Assembly: GCA_963718665.1 (NCBI GenBank) | Contig: OY970359.1 | Coordinates: forward strand, 2,112,001 to 2,176,000 | From: an uncultured Phycisphaerales bacterium | Lineage (GTDB): Bacteria > Planctomycetota > Phycisphaerae > Sedimentisphaerales > Anaerobacaceae | DNA length: 64,000 bases | Direction of reading: 5' to 3' | Shown: positions 30,491 through 39,744 of the stretch, piece after piece | Position numbering within the stretch: position 1 is the stretch's first letter | Layout: each line of letters opens with the position of its first letter | Notes under the pieces: model-generated | Told to the model about the DNA's origin: nothing | The model's input: only the letters and a program-made list of their open reading frames with translations | Database searches by the model: none | Program-made: the position numbers and the translations under genes

Positions 30491-32348
30491 TCTGCTGCCT
30501 CATACCATTTTTGGATTGTTTGAATTTTTCCTTTGTTTGCTCATCCATCTGATTTGGGTCAAAGGGCATACCAGGCATTTTGCTGACGGCTTTATTGGGG
30601 TCCGGCATTTGCGGCGAGTCGTCGGTTGCCTGGGCCAGTATCGGCTGTGGTTGCTGTCCGTTTTTGGGGAATTTGTCGGCCAGTTGTTTTTCCGACTCTT
30701 TTTTTGTCTCGTTAATTCTGGGCGGGTTAAGCATAACTTCTTCGCCTTCGCTGAGGCCTTCGAGGATCTGGACCCAGGTATCGTTGAACAACCCTGTTTT
30801 CACCTCTTTTTCAATGCTTTTGCCGCCGCTTACAGTAAAACATACTTTTTTGCCGTTTCTGTTTGCGACGACCTGGACAGGCACCACCAAAGCGTCTGAC
30901 ACATAATCGACAAAAATTTCGACGCGGGCGGACATTCCGGGCTTGAGGAAGCTATGAGTGCCTTCAATACTGACCTGTGTTGTATAGACCTTGATGTCGG
31001 GACTAAGCCAGTTTCTCTGCTGGTCCGGTAGTGAGGCGACTTTGATGACTTCGCCGTTGAATGTCTGGTCGGGGAAGGCATCCATAACGATAGTGGCTTT
31101 CTGGCCCGGCTTTATTTTATCGACGGATGACTCGTGGACGTCTATTTCGACCATCATTGAAGATGTATCGGGCAATGAGATAATTGTCTGTCTCTGATAG
31201 ACCGTTTCGCCCGGCGCGATAAGGCCAGCGCCGCGGTATCTGCTCATAGTGTCCATGCTTGAGCCATATACAACTAAACCGGGGGCGGGTGCTTTTATAA
31301 TGCAGGCGGCGAATTGTTTTTTGCTTTTGTCGAGACGGTCCTGTTGAAGGTCCAGCCGGGCCTTTGCACTTTCGAGCTGGGCCTTGGCCTGCGCAAGTTG
31401 AGAACGCGCCTTGGCGTAAGTGCGTTCCAGGACGCGTTTTGATTCGAAGTAAGCGCTTAAAAATGTCTGGACCTGTTTTGGGAAATCATAAAGCTTGTAG
31501 AGATTAAGCGAGACAATCGCCTCTTCTTCCTGTATTTCATAACTATCTTTTGAAAGCTTGTCGCGGTCCAGTTCGATTTTAGCGACGTAATTTGCGTCAA
31601 AAAGCTCCTGCGTTCCTTCGAGCTGGTATTTCGCGTTTGCGAAATTCGCCTTCGCCAGTTTGATTTTATCCTCCCAGCCTTCAATATCCTGTAAACCCTG
31701 GCCTCCGAGTTTGTTTGCGTCCTGAATGAAGTTATCAACGTCGATAATAGCCGAAGTATCAACGTTTGGGTCGTTTGCTTCCTTGATGGCGTCGATGATA
31801 TGATTCGCGAGTGTTTCGCCGAGATACTTCTGGAAGTCCATAAGGGCGAACCTGACTTTGAGTTCCGCCGCTGTAATATCGCTTTCGTTTTGTTTAACCT
31901 GTATGTCGTAGGCCTCTTTTGCCTGCGCGTAGCTTGCGTCCTCGGTGGTGAAATCAATTTGGCGCTGAGTGAGCTGTTCTTTTAAGTCGCCCGAATCAAG
32001 CTCAACGAGGATTTTACCGTTGCATACGTCTTCGGGAGTGATAATGGTGCCTTCCGGAACGATATTGATGATGGTTGCCCGGCCTTCGACTTCGGATTTG
32101 AGGTCGATAGTTTTTTGTGCCTTAATACTGCCGCTTTCGGTGACGGTAACAGTAAGGTTGTCTCGGCGAGCGACGAAAGTGCTGAGAGTTTTGGACTGTG
32201 CAGACGTGGAGGTTTTGCTTGCGGCCAGAGTCATAATCAGCATCGCTATAATAACGATGACTAAACCGGCGGCGATAAACCATTTGCTCCGCCACCATGC
32301 CGGCTTAGAGGTTGTTTTCGGAAGATTGTTTGCCTTGTTCTCGTTCAT
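30459..32348 (-). CDS. efflux membrane-fusion (adaptor) protein, MacA-like
   Basis: N-terminal TM, lipoyl halves, long coiled coil, LKPGMSA, VKTGL. Confidence 0.88.
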   Translation of the reverse strand: MNENKANNLPKTTSKPAWWRSKWFIAAGLVIVIIAMLIMTLAASKTSTSAQSKTLSTFVARRDNLTVTVTESGSIKAQKTIDLKSEVEGRATIINIVPEGTIITPEDVCNGKILVELDSGDLKEQLTQRQIDFTTEDASYAQAKEAYDIQVKQNESDITAAELKVRFALMDFQKYLGETLANHIIDAIKEANDPNVDTSAIIDVDNFIQDANKLGGQGLQDIEGWEDKIKLAKANFANAKYQLEGTQELFDANYVAKIELDRDKLSKDSYEIQEEEAIVSLNLYKLYDFPKQVQTFLSAYFESKRVLERTYAKARSQLAQAKAQLESAKARLDLQQDRLDKSKKQFAACIIKAPAPGLVVYGSSMDTMSRYRGAGLIAPGETVYQRQTIISLPDTSSMMVEIDVHESSVDKIKPGQKATIVMDAFPDQTFNGEVIKVASLPDQQRNWLSPDIKVYTTQVSIEGTHSFLKPGMSARVEIFVDYVSDALVVPVQVVANRNGKKVCFTVSGGKSIEKEVKTGLFNDTWVQILEGLSEGEEVMLNPPRINETKKESEKQLADKFPKNGQQPQPILAQATDDSPQMPDPNKAVSKMPGMPFDPNQMDEQTKEKFKQSKNGMRQQSDGQTSSQEP

Positions 32349-33984
32349 TTACCTGTTCCTTGGATACTATGGATTGCGTCCACATTCCGTCTGGTTTGAC
32401 CTGCAATATGCCGACATCGCTGTAGAAAGTTAGTTTGGCGATTGTGTGGCCCACCAGCGCTGAAGTAAGGTCGTTTTGTGCCAGCAGCAGCGCGTCCTGA
32501 GCATCAAGCAGGTCTGTGGTTTTTGCTCTGCCTGACTTCAGCAACAATGGCATATTTTTAACTCTTTCCTCGGCTAATGCCAAGCTTTTTTCCTGGGTAA
32601 TGAACTCTTCTGCCGTTGCCATTAATTGACGGTAATCCTGGCGGACGCTCTGCACAACTGAGTCAACGCTCTGGCTGTATGCCCGCTGCTGTTGTTCTAA
32701 TGTTATCAACGCCTGCCTGTAGGTGTTTCGCTGGTTTTTCCTGTCAAAGGGCAAATCGGCGGAGAGCCCCCAATTGTAAGTTCCCTTGTGAAATTGGAAG
32801 TTGTCTATATGTGCGTTGCCCTGTGAGTTGACATTTGCGCTGCCGGTAAGGTCGAGCTGTGGGCCAAGCCCTTCGGCGGCGAGCTTGACGGTACGTTGAG
32901 CGTCATCGACAGCATCCGCGGAATTGGCTAAATCCAGTCGGCATCTAAGCGCAGTTTCGATTGCGTCATCAATCGAGAATGGAGGTTTGGTTGTGCCGTA
33001 GTTTTGCAGCGCTTTAAGTTCATTCTGGTCCAGCTCAAGCGGATTATTGACCGGCAATGACAACATGATTTTAAATGAATCAAGAGATTGTTCGTATAGT
33101 TGAATGGTTATTATATAGTTATCATAAGCGGTTAGTTCTCGCTGCCTGGCCTGGTCAACTTCGTAAGGAGCTGTTCGCCCGGTTTTGGCCTCCATTTCCG
33201 CCTGTTTTCGGTATTCGACGCTGCTGTTCCAGTTGTTCTTCGCGTTGGTTACGCCGTCCTTATTTTGCAGGACGCCGTAATAAGCGTTGATGGTATTAAC
33301 TACAAAGGTCTGGCGATATCGGTTGAACGTGCGTATCTGGTATAAAACATTCCGCTCCGCTTGTGTTAGTTCCTCCCATGCTGCTTTACCGCCGCCGTTG
33401 CCAAGCAAGGGTATGTCCAGTGTGCCGCTCAAAACGCCGCTCAACGTAGTGCGCGGGTCGCCTGTTAAAAATCTTGCCCAGTCAAATACCAAACTGGTGT
33501 TTAACAAGATTCCATCTGGCGTCAGGAATGTTTTTGAAGTACCGACCTCCGATTTGATAGTTCTGTCCTCAGGCGAACTGCCGTTTTTCGTGTATTCGTA
33601 ATCGATAGTTCCAAACCACTTCAAGGCATATTTGTAACGCTCCCCTGTTAGTGCTAAAGCTTGCAAATAAAGGTTTTCTTTTTGGAACTGATAGTCCCGA
33701 TTGTATTTTGTGGCTATGGCGACTGCCTGTGCCAGTGTGAGGGGCTCTTCAAAAACCGGGGTTTTGGCAACATTCACGTCGTTGGGGGTGGATATGGTGT
33801 TTGCGTCGGAAATGACATAGTTGACTTTTTGGCCGAAATTATTCTGCCACTTGGCATCGATGATTTTGTAAACTTCCTTGTCGGCGTCGGCTTTGTGAAA
33901 ATCAGGGCTGCACCCCGTGACCATTGCCAAGACAATGGTCATTAGAGCACAAACCGCAAAGACCGACTGAAATTTGCTCATCAC
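32305..33984 (-). CDS. TolC-family outer-membrane lipoprotein
   Basis: Lipobox VTGC; OEP repeats (DLLDAQDALL). Confidence 0.85.
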   Translation of the reverse strand: MMSKFQSVFAVCALMTIVLAMVTGCSPDFHKADADKEVYKIIDAKWQNNFGQKVNYVISDANTISTPNDVNVAKTPVFEEPLTLAQAVAIATKYNRDYQFQKENLYLQALALTGERYKYALKWFGTIDYEYTKNGSSPEDRTIKSEVGTSKTFLTPDGILLNTSLVFDWARFLTGDPRTTLSGVLSGTLDIPLLGNGGGKAAWEELTQAERNVLYQIRTFNRYRQTFVVNTINAYYGVLQNKDGVTNAKNNWNSSVEYRKQAEMEAKTGRTAPYEVDQARQRELTAYDNYIITIQLYEQSLDSFKIMLSLPVNNPLELDQNELKALQNYGTTKPPFSIDDAIETALRCRLDLANSADAVDDAQRTVKLAAEGLGPQLDLTGSANVNSQGNAHIDNFQFHKGTYNWGLSADLPFDRKNQRNTYRQALITLEQQQRAYSQSVDSVVQSVRQDYRQLMATAEEFITQEKSLALAEERVKNMPLLLKSGRAKTTDLLDAQDALLLAQNDLTSALVGHTIAKLTFYSDVGILQVKPDGMWTQSIVSKEQVNEREQGKQSSENNL

Positions 33985-34269
33985 CTATACCTCGCTCAAT
34001 TGGCCTTCCATGACCCAAAGTGTGTATTTGCAATTATACCAAAAATAGATGCCTGATTAAAGCCCTATAATCACTACATTTGCCTGTTAAGAGGCAGAAA
34101 CTATACAGATTTTGCTGGTTGTATGCCCTGTATCGATTGGTTTTATTGGGTCGTCAAAGGAAAACAACCTGCCCGATTAGTTGGTTACGGCGTTTCTCAA
34201 GCGAGGTATGTTTCGGAAAATTGCCGATATTACCGGGGTCATTCTTAATTTACGGCAAGTTTCTTAAGA

Positions 34270-34420
34270 TAGAGGAGATAGTCTCGATAATGATGTGTTG
34301 AGGGCTGTGGTAATTCACCCAAACAGATGGCACAGAGTTTGTCCCGCAGCGAGAGGACAGTGGAATTTCACCGTAACCGGCTTATGCGAAAGATGGGCGC
34401 GCATAATGCGGCGAAGCAGG
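34270..34420 (+). pseudogene. LuxR-type HTH remnant
   Basis: KQMAQSLSRSERTVEFHRNRLMRKMGAHNAA; upstream part broken by stops; no receiver domain. Confidence 0.6.
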
Positions 34421-34466
34421 GCCTGCCCTTCGTAGTTTTAACGAAAAAGGGTGTAACCTGGGGAAC

Positions 34467-34571
34467 TTACACCAGACCTGCCCTCTTGGCTCTTTTTGCG
34501 GCGCGTTTTTCTTCTAATGTTCTTTGAGGTTTCTTTTTGACGCTCTTTTTTACATCATGACCTTTAGACAT
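34467..34571 (-). CDS. 34-aa lysine-rich small protein (absent from ORF track)
   Basis: MSKGHDVKKSVKKKPQRTLEEKRAAKRAKRAGLV; RBS AAAGGAAAGG. Confidence 0.7.
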   Translation of the reverse strand: MSKGHDVKKSVKKKPQRTLEEKRAAKRAKRAGLV

Positions 34572-34722
34572 AAAATATCCTTTCCTTTATTACGCCGCAT
34601 TATATTATGCGGGCGATTTTGCCGTTTAATATTACGGCTTTCGCGGTGACAAGACAAGTCCAAAACGTAGTAAATATAACGACCGATTGACTGTCCTTGG
34701 CTAATCGACTAAAGTAACCGTT

Positions 34723-35789
34723 ATGGCTGTCAAACCTGATAAAACGCAGGGCGCATTGCGCGGAAAGCGGGACGCAAAGCCCCGCCTTATCGCCTTTGAA
34801 ATAACCAGGCGATGCCGGTATAACTGCAAACACTGCCGGGCGAGCACGGGCCTGCGGGCGGTTCGGAGCTTACAACCAAACAGTGCAAAAAAATAATCGC
34901 CTCAATCGCCGAGTTCGCCAAACCAATCCTGATATTGACGGGCGGCGAGCCGATGGAACGCCCGGATTTGTATGAGATTATCGAATACGCCAAAGAAAAA
35001 GGCCTTCGCGTTGTGATGGCGACCTGCGGCTATCTTCTCGATGATGATTCGATGATCAAACTCAAAAAAGCCGGCGTTTCGGCACTGTCCTTCAGTATTG
35101 ACGGCGCCAATGCCGAAACCCACGACCATTTCCGCGATACTACCGGGGCGTTTGATACGGTGATGCGTGCCGCTGAAATGGCCCGCAATGCGAAGATGCC
35201 TTTCCAGATAAATACGACGATACACAAGCAAAACGCCGGCGAAATCATCGGGATTGCCGAGCTTGCCAAACGTCTCGGTGCTATATGCTTCAACACCTTT
35301 ATGCTTGTCCCTACCGGCCGAGCTACGGAAATGGACGACGCCGTCCTTGACCCCATCCAGTACGAATATATCCTCAACGAGCTTCTGCGTATAAAATTAA
35401 AAAAAGAAATTGATGTCCGTGTTACCTGCGGCCCCGCGTTTGCCAGGATTTGCGAACAGGCAAAGGCGCGAGGGCTTGTCGCTGAAAGCGCGGGATGTAT
35501 GGGAGGCAAAGGGTTCGGCTTCATAAGCTTCAAAGGTGACGTCCAGACCTGCGGCTTCCTCGATATCCCGGCGGGCAATCTCGTTGATAACAGCTATAAC
35601 TTCACAAAAATCTGGCGCGAATCGAAATTTCTCAACGAAATACGCGACACCGCCAGGTTTGAAGGCAAATGCGGCGAGTGCGAATACGTCGAGGTTTGCG
35701 GCGGCTGCAAAGCCAGGGCAATGGCTATGATGGGTAATTACCTGGCCGGTGACCCCATCTGCGGATATGTGCCTAAACGGAGGCGCTGA
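34723..35789 (+). CDS. radical SAM/SPASM protein of alternative heme biosynthesis (AhbC/AhbD/NirJ-like), frameshifted near 34848-34850
   Basis: ATG 34723 frame gives FEITRRCRYNCKHCRA then stops at 34896; other frame continues ELTT..LILTGGEP and SPASM cysteines. Confidence 0.85.
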
Positions 35790-35791
35790 CA

Positions 35792-36751
35792 ATGAGCAAC
35801 CTTTCAGCGTTTGATAAGTGGCTGTGTAATGAGCTGCAAATGGGGTTGCCGATAGCCGAAAGACCATTCGCGATAATCGCCAGGATTCTCAAAAGTAACG
35901 AAGCAAAAGTCCTCAAACGCACCCGGGTGCTCGTTAAACTCGGCGTAATCAGACGCCTCGGCGTGTCGATAAACTGGCGTGTGATTGGCAAGGCAAGCAC
36001 ACTTGTTGCGGCTCATATCGAGCAGGAAGATTTGAAAAAGGTTATCTTTGCTGTTAATAAGTTTAAAGGCGTATCGCATAATTACCTCCGCGAACATCAT
36101 TACAATCTCTGGTTTACCCTGCGGGCCGATTCGCAAAAGGATATTAAAACTATTTTGGAAAAGTTGTCGAAGCGGTTTGGAATTACATTCAATAGTTTGC
36201 CCGTTGAAAGAATTTTCAAATTGGATGCGCGTTTCGATGCGGCAAGTGAAGGAAAGCGATTGTTGCCGGAAAGCAGAAGACAGAGGACAGAAGACAGAGG
36301 ACGGAGAACGATAAGCAAGATTGATGAGCGGATATTAGAGGGATTGCAGGGGGGATTGAAAGTAGTTAAACGACCGTTCAATTTTCTCGGTAAAGATGCG
36401 TTTGAAAATTACGATAGTTTGCTGCATATCGCAGAAATGATTGACGAGGGGATAATCAATCGTCTTGGGGCGATGGTAAATCATAATAAACTGGGCTTTA
36501 CCGCCAACGCTATGTTTGCTTGCGAAGCAAAAAAATCGCGGGCGATTGAAATCGGCGAAAAATTAGCTGCCCTGAGGATTGTAAGTCATTGCTACGAGCG
36601 GAAGAAGTTTAAGGACTGGCCTTATAATATCTTCGCGATGATGCACGGCAGTAATATGGGGGATATTCGAAAAGTGGTAGATAGATTTGTGAAAAAAGAG
36701 GGGATAGATTCATGTTCGGTTTTGCCGACAGCGGAAAAGCTGAAGAAGTAG
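35792..36751 (+). CDS. fused siroheme decarboxylase AhbA/AhbB (NirDL/GH-like)
   Basis: Two Lrp/AsnC-like halves: GVSHNYLREHHYNLWFT and VSHCYER..WPYNIFAMMHG. Confidence 0.88.
   Translation: MSNLSAFDKWLCNELQMGLPIAERPFAIIARILKSNEAKVLKRTRVLVKLGVIRRLGVSINWRVIGKASTLVAAHIEQEDLKKVIFAVNKFKGVSHNYLREHHYNLWFTLRADSQKDIKTILEKLSKRFGITFNSLPVERIFKLDARFDAASEGKRLLPESRRQRTEDRGRRTISKIDERILEGLQGGLKVVKRPFNFLGKDAFENYDSLLHIAEMIDEGIINRLGAMVNHNKLGFTANAMFACEAKKSRAIEIGEKLAALRIVSHCYERKKFKDWPYNIFAMMHGSNMGDIRKVVDRFVKKEGIDSCSVLPTAEKLKK
36275..36309 (+). repeat. heptamer tandem repeat in the AhbA-AhbB linker
   Basis: AGAAGAC AGAGGAC AGAAGAC AGAGGAC GGAGAAC. Confidence 0.8.
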
Positions 36752-36803
36752 AAGACAGATGACCGCGGGCAGGAAATGGGGTTAAACGATGCGGGAGAAT
36801 GGT

Positions 36804-36831
36804 TTGACCTGTCGGCAAGGGGGGATATAAT
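36804..36831 (+). promoter_or_regulatory. sigma-70 promoter of coaD
   Basis: TTGACC-N16-TATAAT. Confidence 0.55.
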
Positions 36832-36856
36832 ACCAAATTTGAGTTAGGATAAGATT

Positions 36857-37348
36857 ATGGGCGGTAAAATTGTGCGGGCGATTTTTCCGGGGTCTTTTGA
36901 CCCCATTACCAACGGGCATTTGGACGTAATAAACCGGGGTATGAAGCTTTTTGATGAGCTGATAGTAGCTGTCGGCAAAAGCCCCCTGAAAGACCAGCTT
37001 TTCACTCCTGAGCAGCGCGTTGAAATGATAACGGAGCTTATAAAGGATATGCCCGGCGTGTCCGTGGAGGGTTTCGACGGGCTGACGGTGGAATATGCCC
37101 GGCAGAAAAAGGCCAACGTGATTTTACGTGGTCTGCGAAGCTTGACGGACGTGAATTATGAGTTCGAGCTTGCGATGACAAACCGGTCTGTTACGGGTAT
37201 AGAGACGATATTTGTAATGACGACCGAGCAATACGGCTTTATCAGCTCGACGCTGGTTCGTCAGGTGGCGTCGCTTGGGGGCGATATATCGAATCTCGTG
37301 CCCGAAAATGTGTATCGCCGGCTGAGAGAACGATTCAAGAAACAATAG
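36857..37348 (+). CDS. coaD: phosphopantetheine adenylyltransferase
   Basis: FPGSFDPITNGHLD, ILRGLR, ISSTLVR. Confidence 0.96.
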   Translation: MGGKIVRAIFPGSFDPITNGHLDVINRGMKLFDELIVAVGKSPLKDQLFTPEQRVEMITELIKDMPGVSVEGFDGLTVEYARQKKANVILRGLRSLTDVNYEFELAMTNRSVTGIETIFVMTTEQYGFISSTLVRQVASLGGDISNLVPENVYRRLRERFKKQ

Positions 37349-37439
37349 CAAAAGTGGCGAAAATGATTAGGTACGACGGTTGAGGCGTAATATCGCCTCG
37401 AAATACCATTTTTTTGCGGTTTTGAGTGGAGGTATAGCT

Positions 37440-37808
37440 TTGTTTACGGTTGGTATCGAGACACAATTCAAGGCCTGGCACAGCATTCCTTTGCCGGACG
37501 GAACCAAAGAGCCCGAACATGAGCATTTCTGGGCGGTTGAGGTTGAGGTCCGCGGTGATGCGCCCAGTAAAGGCGGTATGGTGATAAATTTCGCGCAGCT
37601 CAAGAGCCGGCTTTTGGATGTTACCGCAAAACTAAACGAAACCGTGTTAAATGAGTCGGATTATTTCAAGGACAAATGCCCATCGGCGGAAAACGTCGCG
37701 GTGTATATTTTTGACCGCCTTGAATCAACTCTGCCGGATAATGTTCGGCTTAAGAGCATCAGAGTAAGCGAACAAGTGGGCTGCTGGGCGATTTACAGCA
37801 AAGAATAG
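37440..37808 (+). CDS. queD: 6-carboxytetrahydropterin synthase (QueD/PTPS family)
   Basis: FKAWH, EPEHEH, PSAENVA, VSE; TTG start at 37440 after GGAGGT. Confidence 0.75.
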   Translation: MFTVGIETQFKAWHSIPLPDGTKEPEHEHFWAVEVEVRGDAPSKGGMVINFAQLKSRLLDVTAKLNETVLNESDYFKDKCPSAENVAVYIFDRLESTLPDNVRLKSIRVSEQVGCWAIYSKE

Positions 37809-37910
37809 CGGGCAAGGCAGATAGTCAGGATGCATATTACGGAGGGCGGGGAAATTGACGATTATATCTGTGTCAGTATGGTATAATAATCAGGTTAAAT
37901 CGAGGTATTT

Positions 37911-38405
37911 ATGCAGTGTGAGGTTTGCCAGAGTAAGGAAGCGACGATACACCTGACGGAAATAGCCGACGGCGTCAGGACGGAGATGCATCTTTGCGAG
38001 CAGTGTGCGCAGGAGCAAGGGGTCGGAACGAAAAGCTATATCCCGCTCAACGAGCTTTTGAGCAACCTGCTTTCGGTAGGTTCCAAGGGTGAAGAGCCGG
38101 CCCAGCCCAGCGCCGATGAGCAGGTATGCCCTAACTGCGGCTACACGCTGGATAAATTCCAGGAGAAGGCGGTCCTCGGCTGCCCGAATGATTACGAGGT
38201 TTTCGAGAAACAGCTTTCGCCGCTGATAAAAAAGGCACACGACGGCGCTACGTGCCACTGCGGCAAAGTTCCGGCGAATGCGCCCTCCGACTCGAAAAAA
38301 CAGCTTGAGATTGCGCAGTTGCGCCAGCAATTGGATGAGGCGGTGCGAAAAGAAGATTACGAGCTTGCCGCGAAATTGCGGGACAAGCTTGCTGAGTTTA
38401 AATAA
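37911..38405 (+). CDS. mcsA: protein-arginine kinase activator McsA
   Basis: CxxC pairs, LGCPNDY, H.GK.P, C-terminal UVR motif EDYELAAKLRD. Confidence 0.92.
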   Translation: MQCEVCQSKEATIHLTEIADGVRTEMHLCEQCAQEQGVGTKSYIPLNELLSNLLSVGSKGEEPAQPSADEQVCPNCGYTLDKFQEKAVLGCPNDYEVFEKQLSPLIKKAHDGATCHCGKVPANAPSDSKKQLEIAQLRQQLDEAVRKEDYELAAKLRDKLAEFK

Positions 38406-38419
38406 CGTGTTTTATCGCA

Positions 38420-39544
38420 ATGAAACTTACTGAAATAAGCGGGAATATCAACGAGTGGTTTAGCGGGGAAGGGCCTCTCTCGGACGTGGTGATTTCCTCA
38501 CGAGTTCGCCTGGCGCGAAACCTCGCGGGGCACAGGTTCCTGGCCACGTGCCCGGCGACCGAAAAAGCGGAGATATTAAGAAAACTCAAAGACGTTTTAA
38601 TGGGAATCGACCTCGGCGACGAGGTGTTTTACATCGGCGTTGACAAAGTACCCGCGCTGGAAAAACGGTTCCTCGTCGAACGGCATCTCATCAGCCAGAA
38701 TCACGCCTTCGGCAAAGGTCCCCGCGGTGCGGTGATTGCAAGGCGTGAGTTTTTCACCGCGATGATTAACGAGGAAGACCACCTGCGCCTGCAGGTGCTA
38801 AAGGCCGGATGCCAGTTGCCCGCCTGCCTTGAACAGATTAATCGCATCGATGATATGATCGAGCAGAAGGTCGAATATGCCTTTAGTCCAAAATACGGTT
38901 ATCTTACCGCCTGCCCGACCAATATCGGGACGGGAATCAGGGTATCGGTTATGCTGCATCTGCCCGCGCTGAAAATGACGGGCCAGATAGAAAAATTTCT
39001 CAACGCCACAAAATCGCTTGGGTTGGCGGTTCGCGGACTTTTCGGCGAAGGCACCGAGGCGGCGGGCGATTTTTATCAGCTCTCCAACCAGACAACTCTG
39101 GGCGTTCGCGAGAAAGATATTGTTACCCAGTTCGAAAAAACGATTATCCCGGAAATTGTCGAATATGAGCACGCGGCCCGCAGCCAGCTGCTCTCGCACG
39201 AGTCCAGTTTGCTCGACGACAAAATATCGCGTGCGCTTGCCTTGTTGAAAAACGCCAATTTGATTAGCTCACAAGAGGCGTTGTTTTTGCTCAGTCACAT
39301 TCGGCTTGGGCTTAATATGCATAAGCATCAGGGGGCATCGACGCCCGCAATCGACCGGCTTTGCTCGCTGGGAAACGATATTGGCAGCGCAGGCACAAGC
39401 GACCGGCTGTCGATTGCCACGGTAAATCGCCTGTTTTTGCTGACGCTTCCCGCCCATCTGCAGCTCAACTACGGCAAAGAGCTTGATTCCACCCACCGCG
39501 ACGCCCTCCGCGCCCAGATTATTCGTTCAGCCCTCAACGGTTAA
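38420..39544 (+). CDS. mcsB: protein-arginine kinase McsB
   Basis: SSRVRLARN, MINEEDHLR, YLTACPTNIGTG, QLSNQTTLG. Confidence 0.94.
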   Translation: MKLTEISGNINEWFSGEGPLSDVVISSRVRLARNLAGHRFLATCPATEKAEILRKLKDVLMGIDLGDEVFYIGVDKVPALEKRFLVERHLISQNHAFGKGPRGAVIARREFFTAMINEEDHLRLQVLKAGCQLPACLEQINRIDDMIEQKVEYAFSPKYGYLTACPTNIGTGIRVSVMLHLPALKMTGQIEKFLNATKSLGLAVRGLFGEGTEAAGDFYQLSNQTTLGVREKDIVTQFEKTIIPEIVEYEHAARSQLLSHESSLLDDKISRALALLKNANLISSQEALFLLSHIRLGLNMHKHQGASTPAIDRLCSLGNDIGSAGTSDRLSIATVNRLFLLTLPAHLQLNYGKELDSTHRDALRAQIIRSALNG

Positions 39545-39569
39545 GCGGTGTCCCTGACTGCCGTTAGCG

Positions 39570-39686
39570 TCTGCCAAAATGGCAAAAGCACATACGCCCC
39601 TCATTTGTTCGATAACCGTAACTCCTTTGTTTTAATGCCGTTATGATATATTGGCCTTCGGCTGGGCCTTTGGCACGGCGTTTGCA
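39570..39686 (+). promoter_or_regulatory. sigma-54 promoter of dnaK with upstream palindrome
   Basis: TGGCACGGCGTTTGCA (39671-39686); TCTGCCAAAATGGCA (39570-39584); TAAC-N17-GTTA (39619-39643). Confidence 0.82.
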
Positions 39687-39744
39687 CTTTTAAGTTAGAA
39701 GCAATTATGTTACCAATACGCGATAAATAGAAAGGGAGTTAAAT

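Noticed and set aside
34744..34790. GGAAAGCGGGACGCAAAGCC resembles the c-di-GMP-I riboswitch core
   Set aside because: Lies inside the radical SAM coding start (DAKPRLIAFE) and lacks the upstream GCAAA element and second stem
37810..37910. CtsR or CIRCE operator upstream of mcsA
   Set aside because: No GGTCAAA heptad direct repeat or TTAGCACTC inverted repeat found
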